A stretch of 48,465 nucleotides of DNA, the filler included, from Bipalium vagum (Eukaryota): the NCBI GenBank assembly GCA_037834085.1. It is 2 parts of 2 records of this genome, joined end to end, with 100 filler letters (N's around TTAATTAATTAA, not from the genome) between each part and the next. Parts side by side here need not be neighbours in the genome. Positions count along the whole stretch, not along the records: positions 22,038 to 48,465 come from JBBMKC010148197.1; 1 more part is not named here. One strand, given 5' to 3'. Numbering within the stretch: position 1 is the stretch's first letter; every line of letters begins with the position of its first letter. Shown here piece after piece: positions 23,820 through 35,600 of this stretch. A program made the translations under genes and the position numbers. Below the pieces are notes generated by a model that was given only the letters and a program-made list of their open reading frames with translations, made no database searches and was not told where the DNA came from.

Positions 23820-25325
23820 TCAAAGAATATTGCACATTAAATGCTTATGATTTTGGCCACCAATGGTCTTCGCTGGACGAACAATGTATGCACTGGTGCC
23901 AACAGAAAACAGCAATCGACCCAAAGAATCTTGACCATTGACTGCAACCATAGACATAATTTTGCTATTCATTTGTTTACTGTGATGTCCGATGAAAGTA
24001 ATTCTCTGGATAAGAATAAAATCATTTCGTTTACGTACCCAAAACACTCTGTTTTGATGACAATCAAGAAACATAACTCGATTATCTCCAGAAATAGCGA
24101 TATTGGATGGAATGGCATTGTAAATTTGATCTGTGCTCAAGTGACGATAAGAACCTGTCTCTTCATCAATGATAATTATTTTTCCATCTTGAGGACACGA
24201 AGCCCATATTTCAGCTGTATCTGTATTTTGAGTGATAAATGATGGGTGTAAATCCACCAGGTGATAACCATGGGAAGATTCTACAAGATTTTCTGAAAGA
24301 ACAGCGATCTTACAGACATCTGGCAAAGCTAGAAAAACCTTTCCGGTATTTGGATTGATATGAAAACCTGCCAACTTTGCGGTGGTTTCGTGACTGGAAG
24401 TGAAAACTGATGTACGAATAATCTCACCGCTGAGAGAACATTGGAATAAAAAATAATGTGTTTCTTTTATGAAAAGATTTTCTACTTTTCCTGTGAAAAA
24501 TAAATCAGTGTTATAAATTTTCAAATAGATTGGATGGACTTCATAAGAATCGTGTTTCACTATAAATTCGGTCATTGCAGTATTCTGTGTTTTAACAACA
24601 ATAATATTGCTTTCGCTGGAGGTCCAAACAATCAATTCTGGCTCATGGTTGGACAATTTTATATCTGCTATTGTCATATTGTTGAAACCAGATGGATAAC
24701 AATTGATCAGTGAATTGTTCGTATCTCTCAATAATTTGTATTCACTATATTTTTTCATATTTTCCCGAATAGTCTCAACATCCATCAATTCATAATTTGA
24801 ACTGATTACTTCAACAGTATTAGTAGAGTGTACAACCACATTTGTGCTTTCTGAACTCACGTTATCAATAATTAAAGGAGATTCGATAGATCTTAAAAAA
24901 CTGTTAAGCTGGCCATGATCTGAGTTTGATTGCTTTTTATATTCTTTTATTTCTTTGATAAGATGTCTAACAAGTTCTCTTTTCTGATCACCTGTGGTTG
25001 ACAAAGATTCAATAATACTTTCATTACTTATGTATTCAATATTTGGATTTTGCTTTAGAAATAATTTACTTTTCGTTTCAACTATGTAATCAGTAAGTTG
25101 TTTAGTAGCAATGGAAGGTGGTAAAGAATTCACGGTATTCTGATCAATCTCACATACTCTCCGACAAATAGGACAACTGAAAATTGAATTGAGACTCATT
25201 CTAATAAGACAACTGTATAAGCAATTGAGACAAAAGGCATGACCGCATGACAGAGTTCGAGGATCCTCCATCATTCCAAGATGGATGGGACACATAATCA
25301 AATCTTCCAATTTCGAAATAGACAT
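23820..25325 (-). CDS. Uninterrupted RING-finger ORF (TRIM/malin-like RING) with probable C-terminal beta-propeller and CaaX box; putative E3 ligase, 501 aa
   Basis: 1506-nt ORF. RING: CPIH-x11-CGH-x2-CLNC-x15-CPIC. No B-box. The C-terminal ~280 aa has NHL-like repeats (GFHINPNTGKVFLA, PSNIAISGDNRVMFLDCHQNRV). Ends KHLMCNIL*. Confidence 0.88.
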   Translation of the reverse strand: MSISKLEDLIMCPIHLGMMEDPRTLSCGHAFCLNCLYSCLIRMSLNSIFSCPICRRVCEIDQNTVNSLPPSIATKQLTDYIVETKSKLFLKQNPNIEYISNESIIESLSTTGDQKRELVRHLIKEIKEYKKQSNSDHGQLNSFLRSIESPLIIDNVSSESTNVVVHSTNTVEVISSNYELMDVETIRENMKKYSEYKLLRDTNNSLINCYPSGFNNMTIADIKLSNHEPELIVWTSSESNIIVVKTQNTAMTEFIVKHDSYEVHPIYLKIYNTDLFFTGKVENLFIKETHYFLFQCSLSGEIIRTSVFTSSHETTAKLAGFHINPNTGKVFLALPDVCKIAVLSENLVESSHGYHLVDLHPSFITQNTDTAEIWASCPQDGKIIIIDEETGSYRHLSTDQIYNAIPSNIAISGDNRVMFLDCHQNRVFWVRKRNDFILIQRITFIGHHSKQMNSKIMSMVAVNGQDSLGRLLFSVGTSAYIVRPAKTIGGQNHKHLMCNIL

Positions 25326-25849
25326 GTTACTATTCCTTTTTAAATGCTGAAATAAAATTAAAATTTTAAATCAATAAATAAATTAATAATTTGAAAATTA
25401 ATATATAATATTAATAATTTTAAGAAAAACGTGAAAATATGACACAGGGGACTTTCAGGTCAATAAGAGATCATATGGAGAATGCTAAAATTCTTGATAC
25501 AGGATTTCATAAAAACGACCAAAATAAAAATAAAGACGTTGACAGCAATAAAAATCGGTATCTCTTTTTGAATAAACTCAAACAATTATTATAAAGGAAA
25601 ATAAATTTAACACTTCAAACCAATAAAATGTCATATGGTATATTGTAAAATTGTGGGATGGTTCATCACAGTAGTTATAAAATTTTAGTTTAGATAAAAA
25701 CAGTAAAATAAAACCAAAAAATCAATAACAATAATTAATTTTTAGTTGATAAATCTTGATTTACAACAATCAACAATAACAAAACAATAAGAATTATAAG
25801 TGATAAATATTAATGATGAAACACTTTATAAACCAATGGTGATATTCCT

Positions 25850-26280
25850 TTGATGTTGAAACCATTTTCGATAATTGAAGATGCTTTATTCTTCAAATTC
25901 TTTCACACAATATATCTTAATCTAAAGGCGAGTCAGATAAAAAAATTCTCACTCCTGGATTTCTTTTTCAAATACTCAATACCCTTCATATTCAATAGAT
26001 ATCCTAAGTCTAAATACGTTCAATGTTTACAATAATTATGAATGAAAAGCATTAAAACTATTATCAAATATAAAATTTCAAACAAGAGAAGTTTTTACCA
26101 TAAATAATTTCTTTTATTTTCGACTTTCATAGTGCACTGTTAAACCTAAATTGGTCCTACCATTGTTATTATTTTTCAATCTTAGGTAGAACTTCAAAGC
26201 TGAATACATCAAGTCTAAAACATTTCTTATAAAAACCCTGTCCTTTGAAGATAAAACTAAATGTGGGTATTGTTTATCTG
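25850..26280 (-). mobile_element. Possible non-LTR retrotransposon RT relic
   Basis: Minus-strand TYLDLGYLLNMKGI resembles the YLG motif. Heavily decayed. Confidence 0.25.
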
Positions 26281-27200
26281 AAACATTTTACATTTTTTTA
26301 TATGATCGTAATCATGAGATTAAAAAAATTAAATTCACATTTTCCTTGATAGTAATATTTTATCCATTTACTTATGAGTTGTCAAATTTAATATACCATG
26401 TATATTTCATTTACAATTAATTTTTTTAATTAACTTTTAAATTAATAAAAAATTATTAATTGGTCCTCCATCCAAACAAAAGATCGATAAGTGCTGTTTC
26501 AAATTTTTATTATCCAGAGTTTTATTAAAGGCCAATTTTAGAGGAGACCTTGACTTCACAACGATGTAATTTAGTCCCTTAAAGTTTTATATTCCGATAG
26601 TTGTGCTGGTGTATAACGGGTTAAATTATATAAGGAATTATTAAAACTAAAGATAAGTATTAAAGACTTACAAATCATTAATTCACGCGTATAAAAAATA
26701 ATTCAAGATCAGATTTAGATATATTACATTGTTACGTAAAGAATCAAGGATGACGTTTATTGAGATAAGGCTTAATCTGGAAACAAACAAATTTAATGAT
26801 ATCCTACATTCAAAACTTTCGATATTTGAAATTTTTTATCAATTTCCTTTGAATATGAATTCATTTAATGATTATTATTTTTATTATTATTACTATTTTA
26901 TGTAGCACTAATGATTTACTGGCTGATAGATACAAAACAACTTTTAATTCAGCGCGACAAACAGTTCATGGAACAAATTCAAAGAACTGAAAATTACTAA
27001 ATTAAAAACCCTATTCCTCATTGCATTATAGATTGATAAATTAATTAGCTTATGAGTTTTTGAATTTTAGATAATTATTCATCTTATTTTGTGAACTATA
27101 TTTCTTCTACTCTAAATTATTTATATATAATTCTGTTGAATAGTTTTAATTGAGTTCGTCATACCTATTTTTATAACATCTTATGCTGTTATAAAATGAT

Positions 27201-27320
27201 ACTACTACTGTTGGGTTTTCTAAAAGAACTACCCAGGTTTTAAATGTAAGACCATAAAGGTTCAAAAAGTTTAAGGCCGAAATAAGATCTGATGATTAAT
27301 AATTGATTAATAATAATATA
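27201..27320. repeat. Short dispersed repeat, copy 3 (opposite orientation, more diverged)
   Basis: ACTGTTGGGTTTTCTAAAAGAACTACCCAGG resembles the reverse complement of copies 1 and 2, and is followed by an AAT-rich tail. Confidence 0.5.
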
Positions 27321-29662
27321 TTTTATCTGGAAATCCACAATTATTGATTGATTAGGTTTTTCCAATACAAGATTAAGTCAAGGACTCAGAATAATTTTGG
27401 TATTTTAATGCTAAAATGGAAAATATCTAAGGTTAATGTGGAACGCTGGATAATTTTTATTTGAATTTTTGTATTGCTATATGAATATTGTCGAAAAATC
27501 CCTATCTGAAGAATCCTATCATCGGTAGATTTAAGTGGCACTAGAAGATTACCACGTTGGTTAACTTATTTGTTTTCATATGCGTCAAGATTTCAATTGG
27601 TTCTGGTGAGTTTTGGCCGTCTATAGTTGAATTTAAAGGTCTATCTGACGACCTAAAGAACCATTTTTCTGAAGTGATGAGCGCTTTTTTTAATTAATTA
27701 TTTCAATTGATATTTCTTTAATATTAAATTGATTTACTTTCGAGTATGTATTATTTTATCGATTTAGATTTATTATTATTGGATTTTTCTAAATTTAATA
27801 ACTTTTCTTGATTTTCATTAATGCATTATTTTCTATTTTTTAACATTATTTTATCATACTGTTTACTTCATATTCGATTAATTTTCACATTACAGTACCA
27901 ATAACTCTTTACATTGATTTGATTGGACTTTATTTTTATTTTATTGAACTAATTTGAAAAAATGTTATTGTTAATTTTGTTGTATTTTCGAAATAAAGTT
28001 AAGTGCGATTTCTGATTTTCTATATTAGGGACACAAATACTAGATAATCTGGTCATTGAATTCGCTAAGATTAATGTTTTAAAACACAGTTATAAGCGTA
28101 ACACTATGGTTATTCTTCCTGCAATCTCTATTCAAAAATTATTTTCAGATATTGAGTTTAATAGATTCTTATATTTAGTCCAGTTTGATGACCATATCAA
28201 AATTTTGAAAACCATCTTTGGACAAACAGAACTTAACAGTTGATTTCCCTCGTTCTTCAAAATTATAATTTGTTAAAGTTTCTAAACTCAGATTCGATAT
28301 ATCTTTTTCATCTTTACGTATATATAGCGATTTCGTGTTTATAAAATTAAAACCAGAAATTTTGATATTTTTAAATTAATTTTAGCATCAGTTACGTATC
28401 TGGAGAAAGATTGCAAAATACCCTAATATTTATGCATAACTTTTATATGTATATATATGAATTAGAATGTTTGAAAGATTAAAAAGCATAAAATACTTGA
28501 AGATTTTAAAAGATTTTCGGAAAAAATGCTTCAGAAAAAACATAGACAATATATTAAACAAAAATGTAATCTATTCACAACAATGTCAAAAATAATTGAA
28601 TTGTTTTCATTATCACCACAATGTATTAATTATAATTAAAAGCGGTTTTAATCATTGAAAATGAATAATCTTAAATAACCGATGATTATTATTAAGATTT
28701 ATACCAATCTGAATCTAAATAATTTCCCAACATATTTAAAATTTCTAATTAAATTTTGTCCACAAAATTCTCTGCTTTATTATTCCACTTTAAATGATTC
28801 CCAGCATAATCTAGCCCATTAAAAAATGAATTAAACATGTTTTAAGATCCTAACAGCTGAATATGCATATTAATATATTAGCATAATTTCCATGAGATAT
28901 TCTGAAATTCAATTAATCGAAAAATTTTTACACAGTTTTGTTTATTTCACTTTGTAAACTTCAGAAACCTTTCATATTTAAATTTGTAAAATGAATAGAT
29001 AAAAATACAGATCTGTATAACTAATAAGAATTGTAGATTTAATATTTGAAATTTAATCACAATTTAAAATTAATAAAGGAATATAAAATAAATTTGATTT
29101 CGATAATTAACAGAAAAAGTTTTGGTAACAAATATGAATTATACCTTGCGAAACGTATTTTCATCAACATATGAACGAACTAGTTCTCGTTTATCGATAC
29201 TCGAACATGGTCCAATTTTTGCTTTTACATCTGTCGAAGTCATTCTTCAATTTGTGATAGTAATATATGAATGGTAAAAATCAATCTTCATAAATTTGAA
29301 ATTGCCACTTTGTGATCTGTTATATTGTAAATGACATGACCAATCAGATTTCGTTTAGTTATGCTACGAATGACTATGCATTTATTGATTTAAGTTGACA
29401 TGCTACTTGAATTTTTCATCGTTACTTGAACATAAAGTGTAATAAAATAAATTTATTAAATAAGTATTTTTTTATATTTTGTTATTTTTGAAAATTATAA
29501 TTTTCCATGATAGATTTTCGAAAAATATTTTTTTCTATTTATTTTAAGATAACTATCCAAATAGAGATTGTTTTAATGATATGATACTCAACCAACGGTG
29601 TGTAAACTTAACTTATTCAAATTTTAATTTTTTTTAAAATCTTTTTTATTTGATTGAAAATT

Positions 29663-32600
29663 ATGAGTGGAATTGGTGATTTTAAAAAAATCAATAAAAT
29701 CGGACAAGGGGCCTTTGGAATAGCATGGCTTGTTGAATCAAAAATTGATTTCAATAAATATGTGATCAAAGAAATTGGATTATACAAGGTTAGTAAGATT
29801 GATTTTTTCATTATTTCATTATTTTTAATCATTATAAATGATACATGCTGTTAATAATATTCTAGATGAATGAGAAAGAGAGACATGAAGCCAAAAAAGA
29901 GGTAGAACATGTATAATAATGATAAGATTTTTTTACAAATGCTTAAGGTTTCACTTCTCTCAAAAATGAACCATCCAAATATAGTTGCATATTACAACTC
30001 TTTTGAAGGTTATGTTAAACTTTATTTAGTTTTCTTTGTATTATTATTTATTATATAATAGTTATAATTATTTAAAACTTCATTAAATTATTAATGGTTC
30101 AAGACAAATTCTTTTATTGGTACATAAAATTGCAGAAGCTGGATGTTTTCACATATTGATGGAATATTGTGAGGGAGGTGATCTCTATCGTCGAATAAAA
30201 GCCCAAAACGGAGTCCTGCTTAAAGAAGATCAGGTTCTGGACTACTTTATTCAAATATGTTTGGCTTTGAAGCACATTCACGATCAGAAGATTCTGCACC
30301 GTGACATGAAGCCTCAAGTAGAAATAGCAATTCGTGACATTTGTCTTATGTGATTGATTATTCAGAATATCTTTCTCACGAAAAACAATGTGGTCAAGCT
30401 CGGGGACTTTGGAATTGCAAAGGCAATGAATAGCACAACGGCTTTGACGAAGACCACTGTTGGGACACCGTTCTATTTCTCCCCTGAGATTTGTGAAGGA
30501 CGACCGTACAATAACAAAAGTGACATTTGGTCTTTGGGTTGCATTCTCTACGAGCTTTGCTCTCTGAAATATGCAGTCAGTTTGATATATTTTTTTCCGA
30601 TCACAAAAATATATTTATATCAATTAAATGCTTTAAGATAATGAGATGTTTGTTAGGTTTATTGGGTTTGAAGAAACAGTTTCTTTTCTAATCTTTTCCT
30701 TGTAATTTATCACCGTGTGTTTTCATCGATTTTTCACATTTCGTAGTTCATATTACGTAGAGTTTGCAAACACTCGAATTACCTTTCTCATATCTTGGTT
30801 TTGGCATAGTGACAAGTCGATTGTGATATCGATCTTATGATATCAAATTAATGTCCTTCACTTCGTTGATTTTTTTGTGTCTATTTCTTTTTTCCTCGCG
30901 ATTTTTAAACAGATCAAATGGAGAAATAAATAATCTATCTCTTCTTATCATCTTTAATTATAAATTTTGATTTTAAAATCAATACCCGAAACTGTCATCA
31001 AAGAACCCCAGTTTAAGGAGACGTATGACATATTCTGTTTTGAATAATAATTTCTAAAACTTAAAATATGACTCTTGTATCTCTGATTACAATTGTAAAT
31101 TTTGATATCAATTGTAAGTTAAATTAGCTTTTGGATCTCTTTTAATCCACCAAGAAATCGTTCAGAAACAAGACATATAGTTTGCGTGAAAAGTCTTTAG
31201 CCTAGAAATGAATGAATGTGAAAATCAAATTAATTTCCTGACCATAAAATACACTTAGTCCAATACTTCTCCATTATTTCAATTCCATCTCTAAAGTTCA
31301 TTTCCGGAAGGTTTCCAAAGTAATGTTCTTCAGCTGCTGTCTCCTCTTCATTTGATGTAAAAAACCAGTCACGAAAGAATATCTTAATGTTTCAGAAGAT
31401 TCATAATTTAGTTCAGGCTTACCATTCTCCATGGACTTTTGTAAGTTGCTGCGTTATCTTGATGAAAAATGTTTTTCTTCTTCATCCAAATAATCAAATA
31501 GTTTAATGTAATCGTAGTATTTGTTTTATTCGGTCATCAAAATACATTTCGAATCCTAGAAAACGATTCCCATAACCTTTCTAACTGATTGTTCTCTTTT
31601 TAGCTGCTTCAGTGCGGGACACCCAGCTTCTTTCCACTGCAACCGTTACTGTTTGAATTTAGAATAATTATGATTGATTCATGTCTTATTGGCGTATAAA
31701 ATCAATTTTATTCTACTTAAAAATTTTCAATTTTTCTTTTCGCATGCGTTTTTATTACATTGTTAAGGAATGTTGGCACTACTTTCCAAAAATATTTTTT
31801 ATATGTAATTCATTTTTCAAAATTTGGCGTATACGTTCTTTCGAGATTCTCTTTTTATAAGCTATTTCATGAGTAAGTAAGTATACCTGATGTTCCACTA
31901 CCTATATCAGGATTTCATCAATAAATGTTGTTGTTGACACAATTTTGGATTGACCACTGTATAAATTATCTTTAATCGATATACGACTCCATTTGAATGA
32001 CCCCACGAAATTTTTCAATGTGATATATGAAAGGAGTCCATATTCGTATGATTTTTTCCCCTTTAATCATCTTTTACATAAGTACTTAAGAACTGCGCAA
32101 TTTTTCAATTTTCGTATTTTAAAAGTGTAAATAAGTTAGTATGCATCTAAACCGACATTCAATTTATAGATTTATTTGAAATTTAACAGATATACATTTA
32201 AAAGATGAACTATTTTTTTAAACATAGATTTCCAGACAATAGTTTTATTAATGTAAAAGGCTTTTTGCGCAACCTATAGTTGTAGTAATATTTTTGATCA
32301 GTATAAATATATAATTAAAGACGCATGTATCAGATCTTTCTTCTCCACATAGTATCATTGACAGTTCTTTTTGTTGCTGACTTTGTCGACATTTAAAAAA
32401 AAAAGATTTTATATATAAAATAAATTTTTTTCATTTATTTTTCTTGTCAAGTTCACTTTATGGCCTTGAATGAAATTAAGTAACCCGAAGTTGAACTTGC
32501 ATTATTGAGGACCAGAAAATGGCTTCAAAGTATGTTTTAATTCTTTTCTAAGGTCGCGCTTATTCAGTAAAAATAAAGATTTGGTAGAAGAAATTTGGTT

Positions 32601-35600
32601 TTTGAAATCATTAAATCTTACCTTAGACTTGTAAAATATGTGACTTGAACTTTTGTGCTGTCTTTTGTGGTCTTTTCATAAGTGAGATTGAACAAGCACT
32701 TGAAATATCACTTGGGACCTTAATAATTATTGTTTATAAAATCACTGCATGAACTAACTGTGATCAGGTCGACCAAATTTTGATCACGAATATTTTAACT
32801 ACACAATTTATATTTTACGTGTCTTGAAATATTTTTCCTTTTATTGATTTAACTATCGAAATCTCAAACTAATGATTTATTGAGAGAATATTAAAGTTAA
32901 AATATAAAATGTTTCTTTTAGTTCAATCAGTTTTTCTAGTTATCCTTTCCTTTGTACTAAAATAAAACTTGAATCTTTTTTATGAACACATGATTTAAGG
33001 CTTTTGTAACAATCTCTTTAAGATTAGTTGAAATAATATAATATCATTTATTTACTTTATTTATAAATACTCTTATTTGAAATCAAAAGATTATTTTTAT
33101 AGCAATGGAATTATAGTGTGAAAAAATATCAATAATCGAATATATCATTATTAATTTATATTAAAAGTTAAACAGTTATACTTTTATCGATCATTTTATT
33201 TTCTAATGATTATTTTTTATTTTGTAATCATAATTGGATATATATATATATATTACATTTTATATTTTTTAAATTTTATCTTTATATTATATTAAATAAA
33301 TATTATTACATGAGATTTTATTTGGTTTAAATGTTTAATAACATATTTCTGCTGGAATTACACTTAAAATAAATATTTGTAGTTTTTCGGTCAAGATATG
33401 ACAATTCTTGCAATGCAAATCAAAAGGTAAACATTTTCATAAATATTTGTTCAAGATTATTTTTGGTTTGTCAGGGTTAACTATAATCCTATTCCTCTTT
33501 CATTCTCTTCTCCTTTGCGATCACTGATAGACAACATGTTTCGTCGACGTGCCGAGTACAGAGAATTTTATTCGTTTAATATAATGTTAATGAGATTTTG
33601 TGGTTCAGTGAACGTCCAAACATTAACAATATTTTGAGAAAACCTTTCATTTTAAAGAGGCTTGATAAATTTTTGCCTCCAGAGGTAATTTTATATTTTA
33701 ATCTTCTTAAAGTAATTATGTCGTTAAGTAATTCAATTTATTTTCATTATAACAACTTTTTATTTAATTTATTATTAATTATCATTATTTATTGTTATTA
33801 TTTTATTTTAATCACCTCATGCACAATTAATTTTTAAAATTCATTTCTTTTAAAGGTTTTTTACTTTTCGGTACATTTAAATTTTTATTTGTTTTATTAA
33901 ATTCATTTCATTTCAACCACTCAGTTGTAGGGTTCAAAACTTTAAAGTAATGATTGACTAGTTAATTCTAAATACTGATTACTATGCTGAAAAAATAATA
34001 CCGAGTATTAATTTTATATTTTATATAAATTATGTTGTATTTGTTTGACAATATTTAAAAATATGATTTTTTTCTGAAATATTTTTATCTGAAATTCGTA
34101 TTTAATTTAATGAATTCAAGAAAAGTTTTTTAATTTATTTTATTCATTGTATTTACCTTAGTTTTTTGTTTTTTTGAATGTTCCAAGTTTCGTTTCCAGG
34201 GCGTCGTTACGTCGTGATCAGTGTAAAATGTTTAATATTTTTTAAGATAATAAAATGTCACATTGTTTTAGATTTTTTTAACTTTTTTTCATAAGTAATT
34301 TATTTTTTTACTTTTTATGTTAGTGATTCTTATACTATATTTTTGAAAAAAAATTTTCTTATTAAATTACACTTAAAGAACAAAATATCAATCATTTCCA
34401 TATATTTCCCTATTAATCCCTGGTTTTTGTAGAAATGTTCTTAGATCAAATTTCACTATTTGCAAACATTATTAAGCTTTTTAATTTAATCATTAACTTG
34501 ATCAATGGGCTCCTTAATCTGGCATGATATTATACTGAATTGATTTTAATCAGTTAAGAAAATTTAATAAATAATGAATAAGATTTATTAAATAACTTTT
34601 TATTTAATAAAAATTATTAATTTTGAAATAATTTTTTAGAGAATTTTAATTTCAAAATTAAAAATTTTATTTTATTAAGTAATAATAATACTTAAAAATA
34701 ATAAATAAATTTAAATAATAAATGATTATTTAAAATTCGATTGAATTTTTCATTGAAGATTTCAGTTTGTGATTGTTAATATATAAACTTTATAATTATT
34801 TGTTACTTATTCTCTAATTGTCATGTAAGCTCATTTTTATTCTTAATTTAAAAATCTTCTATGTTAATTGATTATTATAAAATATTTGAAACATTTACAT
34901 TAAACTATTTTAACGATTTCCTTTAAGTATTAATTTTGAAAGATTTAAAAAATTTTAGTCTTCAGCAACTTAATAATTATAAACTAAATAAAATATTTAT
35001 TTAAATTTAGATTTAACTAAAAATGGCTTAAGAATCTTAAAAATCTCAAAGTAATTAAACTTTATTAATACTTTGAAATTACTTTGAGTAATTTGATATA
35101 AAGTACTGATTATTTTATTAAAATTTGTATTGTCTTGATTCAAAGCCTCATTTTATTGCAATTTTAATTAATTATTTATATTAAAGGATTATAAGATATT
35201 TTTGTCATTTTTCTAAGTTTATTAGAAATTTATTTTTAATTAAATAATAAATAGTTGCTAATACTTATATTAAAAACATTTAATTAAAATGTGCCTTATT
35301 CTCATTGCTTTTATGATGCAATCGAATCTCAAATTAATATTTGTATTGTTCTCCAATTATGTTTCAGAATCCACTTCTACAAGATGCAAGAAAATCTCAG
35401 AAACGTCCATCTACAGCGAATGTTGTCAGTCGTATTGATTCGGGACTGAGCAATAAAAAGAAAAACAGGTTATTACATAAATCAATTTCATGACAAAAGT
35501 AATCCATTTAAAATTTTCTCTTAAGAATCGGAAAGGATTTTCTCATGATTAATAGTCCTTATTCACCATGTCCAGCTCGAAATCACAATGATAAAAGAAC

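Noticed and set aside
23841-24242. Antisense ORFs (also 901-1251, 14511-14741, 30114-30317, 47187-47378)
   Set aside because: Shadows of real coding sequence on the opposite strand, with no recognisable motifs.
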